A DNA stretch of 64,000 bases, taken from IMG/VR virus record IMGVR_UViG_3300014526_000001, one strand, 5' to 3'. The notes under the pieces were generated by a model. The model was not told the origin of the DNA, ran no database searches, and worked only from the letters and a program-made list of their open reading frames with translations. Made by a program: the position numbers and the translations under genes. Shown piece after piece: positions 60,952-64,000 of this stretch. How positions within the stretch are numbered: the stretch's first letter is position 1; each line of letters begins with the position of its first letter. The stretch comes from an uncultured virus (IMG/VR IMGVR_UViG_3300014526_000001). Its lineage: Duplodnaviria; Heunggongvirae; Uroviricota; Caudoviricetes.

Positions 60952-61344
60952 TTATTTACTATCCAATTTAATAGTTTCCGTTTTCCCGTCCCACTCTAAT
61001 GTTGCTTTGATTTTATCATTTTCAGTTGTGTAAACTTTACAGCCAGTACATTCGACATTACCTATGTGTACATTGTCTTTTTGGTTAAAAGTGTCTTCAG
61101 CAATACCAATATTCAACGCTGTACTCTCTATTTTATATACAAATACTTCAGGTGCAGGTTCTTTTCCAATATATTTAAATATATATTCTCCAAATTCTCT
61201 TTCTTTAGTAACTTCAGTGTTGTACGTAACACTCCAATTGTCACTTTCTCCATAAAAATTATATTTTTTACTATTATCTAGACAAGCGCTTAAAATCAAG
61301 ATTACAAAAAGAAATATAGCACCTAAGATTTTATATCTTTTCAC
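60952..61344 (-). CDS. Lipoprotein
   Basis: Lipobox ILSAC after a hydrophobic leader; FYGESDNW motif; AAGGAGG RBS. Confidence 0.75.
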   Translation of the reverse strand: MKRYKILGAIFLFVILILSACLDNSKKYNFYGESDNWSVTYNTEVTKEREFGEYIFKYIGKEPAPEVFVYKIESTALNIGIAEDTFNQKDNVHIGNVECTGCKVYTTENDKIKATLEWDGKTETIKLDSK

Positions 61345-61443
61345 TATTTACCTCCTTAATTCCAAAAAATACAAATTATATATTTATTTCCCTTGTTTTT
61401 TAGTATATCATTATGGTAATAAATAGAAAAGGAGAAAGATATT

Positions 61444-62010
61444 TTGAAAATAAAACATATTTTGGCGATTTTTATTACCCTAATTGGACTGACTTATTTT
61501 ACATCACAAGAGGCTTCTGCAAATACTCTTGACACAAGTGATACTTCTGCAGACATTATTGACACAAGTGATAAATTTTTCTCTAAGATAAAAATATTTG
61601 ATGCAAATGGTGAGCACATTTCTTATACAACCGAAGAATTACAACAAATGTTCACATTTATCCCTTATGATTCTACTGCTAAAAAAGATTTGAATTTAAT
61701 AATTCCATTTGCAAGTACTTATAACTCTAAGGCATTCAGCTTCAAAAGTAATATCTGGCTCAATGGTGGAATTGGATTTTATAATCCTACTAATATCACA
61801 ATAACTCCAGCAGGATCAAAAGCTTTTTCATTTTTTATCTATAATAAGGATCATGGAACAGAAGTATTCAGATTAGATGTCCCTGAAGGTTTGGTGGGCG
61901 GATTCCATTATGGATTAAGTCATTATGCAAGAGGATACGATTATAGTTTTAAATTTGAAAACTTCTTTTCAGGTACAGTATATATGACTAATGTTGCTGT
62001 TACTTATTAG
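61444..62010 (+). CDS. Secreted protein
   Basis: Signal peptide ending ASA; AAGGAG RBS; GGCTAGC/GCTAGCC terminator at about 62033-62057. Confidence 0.7.
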   Translation: MKIKHILAIFITLIGLTYFTSQEASANTLDTSDTSADIIDTSDKFFSKIKIFDANGEHISYTTEELQQMFTFIPYDSTAKKDLNLIIPFASTYNSKAFSFKSNIWLNGGIGFYNPTNITITPAGSKAFSFFIYNKDHGTEVFRLDVPEGLVGGFHYGLSHYARGYDYSFKFENFFSGTVYMTNVAVTY

Positions 62011-62188
62011 TAAATATAATGGATTAACTCTTGGCTAGCTTAAGCTAGCCTTTTTTGTTTTTAATATCGAACAAATGATAATAAATATAGCTGCTTGATA
62101 TTTATTTTTTTGAAAGTGAAGGAACGCTTTTTATGCTTGCTATACTTATAATTAAGTGCTTTGCATAAAGATTTAAAAATAAGCATAG

Positions 62189-62430
62189 CAAACTAGAGGT
62201 ATGATTTTTCATCATTCTTCATTTGATTAAAGATCACGTAACTTGGCCAAGATTCTCTCACGTTCTTGTGCAAAATAGGCATTCTTTTCTTCGGTTACTT
62301 CTTCTTCTGGCTCATGACGCGTCGCAAACCACGCTGGAACTACTTCTACTTTTCTAGATTTCTCTTTTTCTGACCCTGTAGATGCATTCGAAACCGTTAA
62401 ATCGTTGATTTTGTTGCGAATAATAGCACT
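62189..62430 (-). repeat. Copy 1 of ~235-bp repeat encoding a Rep/DnaB-like C-terminal fragment
   Basis: Minus strand reads EKEKSRKVEVVPAWFATRHEPEEEVTEEKNAYFAQERERILAKLRDL-stop; upstream frame has stops. Confidence 0.75.
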
Positions 62431-62579
62431 TCACTCTTAATCCTGCACGTTGTACTTAGCCTTTTAACACATTACATGAAAAAAAACGATTTGTTCACAA
62501 TAGGCGGCTCTTTTTTATCAAACAACATTTACTTATATAACACTTTAATGTATTATATTGGAATAGGAGGTATATTAAT

Positions 62580-63263
62580 ATGAATTTGAAAAAATTATAC
62601 AAAACTCAATTTAGTAATAAAAAAATTACAATCATGGCTTTACTTTTATCAATTTTACTATTCGGAATGGCTAATAAAACAGCATTTGCAGCCTCAGAAG
62701 AATTAACATTGGTACAAAAACAATCATACTACGAACAATATGAAACTATTATTGAAGAAGCAAAAGTAAAATACCCAGAAGCTGCTTTATCCCTTAAACC
62801 TTTTGAAGATTTTAAAACTGAGGAATGGGTAGAAGCTGCGGAATTTGCGGAAATTGTAGAAGATATGGTTAATGCTGAATTTGTGATAGATATGGGTAAT
62901 AACGACTTTGTTGCAGATCAGCCAAAACTTGGAATTATGCCTTTGTCTTCTCATGGGACAGTTATACCTACCAAAAACGTAACTACAAAGATTAATGACT
63001 CAGATGTTACAATATGGGTTACAGGTTCTTTTAATACAACACTTTCTGGAGGGGTACAGAAATTTGACGGTACAATTAATTCTGTAGTATCTTCTTCTAA
63101 CAAAGGACATTGGACACAAACAGGATACAGTCCAACATTAAAAAATAGTAATAAAACATGGAGCATCGAAGTTACTGGAAAATGGGAGTACGGTGGAGCT
63201 CAACAAGGTGTTAAAAATGTAACTATACAATTTACTATTAGTTCAACTGGAGTTGTTAGTTAA
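62580..63263 (+). CDS. Secreted protein
   Basis: Signal peptide ending AFA; acidic N-half and Thr/Ser-rich C-half; AGGAGGT RBS. Confidence 0.7.
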   Translation: MNLKKLYKTQFSNKKITIMALLLSILLFGMANKTAFAASEELTLVQKQSYYEQYETIIEEAKVKYPEAALSLKPFEDFKTEEWVEAAEFAEIVEDMVNAEFVIDMGNNDFVADQPKLGIMPLSSHGTVIPTKNVTTKINDSDVTIWVTGSFNTTLSGGVQKFDGTINSVVSSSNKGHWTQTGYSPTLKNSNKTWSIEVTGKWEYGGAQQGVKNVTIQFTISSTGVVS

Positions 63264-63307
63264 TTTTAAGTAAATGAGAAAAGAGAGTAGCTTTAGTTAA
63301 TCTCTTT

Positions 63308-63552
63308 AGACTATAGACAAAAGCTATCGCGAAGTTCACTCTCGATGGCTTTTGTCATTTTTCTTCTATGTCATTTTTAATATTTGGTAATATACTATCA
63401 AATACAACATACTCTTCGAAAATAGATACTCTGCTCTGGACAATTTTTTAAAACCTATTAAGGTTGTTCATCGCATACCTTGCTTTTCCTTTGCATAGAT
63501 TTGTTTAATGTTATAGGAATGGCGTAAATGTTCAGCTTCCTCTACATACGTT
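63308..63552 (-). mobile_element. IS1182-family transposase 3' remnant
   Basis: YVEEAEHLRHSYNIKQIYAK, then GMR-stop-TTLIGFKKLS; TTTGTCTATAGTC end-like sequence and a hairpin near 63308-63356. Confidence 0.65.
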
Positions 63553-63576
63553 TCCAAAATATTTAAATGAGCACAA

Positions 63577-63807
63577 CAAACTAGAGGTATGTTTTTTTCC
63601 ATTCCTCTTTTGATTAGAGATCCCGTAACTTAGCTAATATTTGCTCACGCTCTTGAGCAAAATAGGCTTTCTTTTCTTCTGTTAATTCTTCTTCTTGCTC
63701 ATGACGAGTCGCAAACCATGCCGGTACTATTTCTACTTTTCTAGATTTCTCTTTTTCTGGCGCTACAGAAACCGTTAAATCGTTGATTTATTGCGAATAA
63801 TGGCATT
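63577..63807 (-). repeat. Copy 2 of ~235-bp repeat
   Basis: EKEKSRKVEIVPAWFATRHEQEEELTEEKKAYFAQEREQILAKLRDL-stop. Confidence 0.75.
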
Positions 63808-64000
63808 ATACACCATATAGAACTTATTTTTTATATTTTATTCCGAGACTAAAAAGAACATTTAGATGAAAATGTGTATTTTTTGAATCCTACCAAAAAG
63901 CCGATATTTCTAATTTAAATTACTCATTTTACTTCTAGTCCTTAATTATTAAAGATTTTTTTAAGAATTTCTTTGACCTGAGTAAACCTTGTATTTATAT

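Noticed and set aside
1..64000. CRISPR array or cas genes
   Set aside because: No regularly spaced repeat-spacer structure or Cas-like ORF seen.

Overview
AT-rich Bacillales-type extrachromosomal element, most likely a large plasmid-prophage (phage-plasmid) that is partly decaying. Positions 1-24.6 kb (+ strand) and 25.8-36.9 kb (- strand) form two convergent blocks of virion/tail-like genes. Their main feature is a repertoire of 14 paralogous proteins that join unrelated putative glycan-binding payloads (discoidin/F5-8C, LamG, DUF1565-like beta-helix, glycine-rich) to one shared ~80-95 aa C-terminal module. Two more proteins carry a second module type, and four collapsed relics of such genes are present. 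Also in these blocks: an Mtd-like C-type-lectin-fold protein, tail-fibre-like proteins, a tyrosine recombinase, an amidase endolysin and a 1030-aa amidase/SLT/M23 lysin. The blocks meet at a chromosome-like terminus: a B. subtilis-like dif site, an unannotated type I toxin-antitoxin locus and an RTP homologue. The right half holds RHH-ParA-ParB, a SNF2 helicase, a UvrD pseudogene, SSB, tRNA-Arg(UCU), a glucosaminidase, a primase-like Rep with XRE and DnaA boxes, and degraded accessory DNA (resolvase, IS1182 and duplicated Rep-like fragments around secreted-protein genes). All family calls are by-eye motif recognition; no database search was run.
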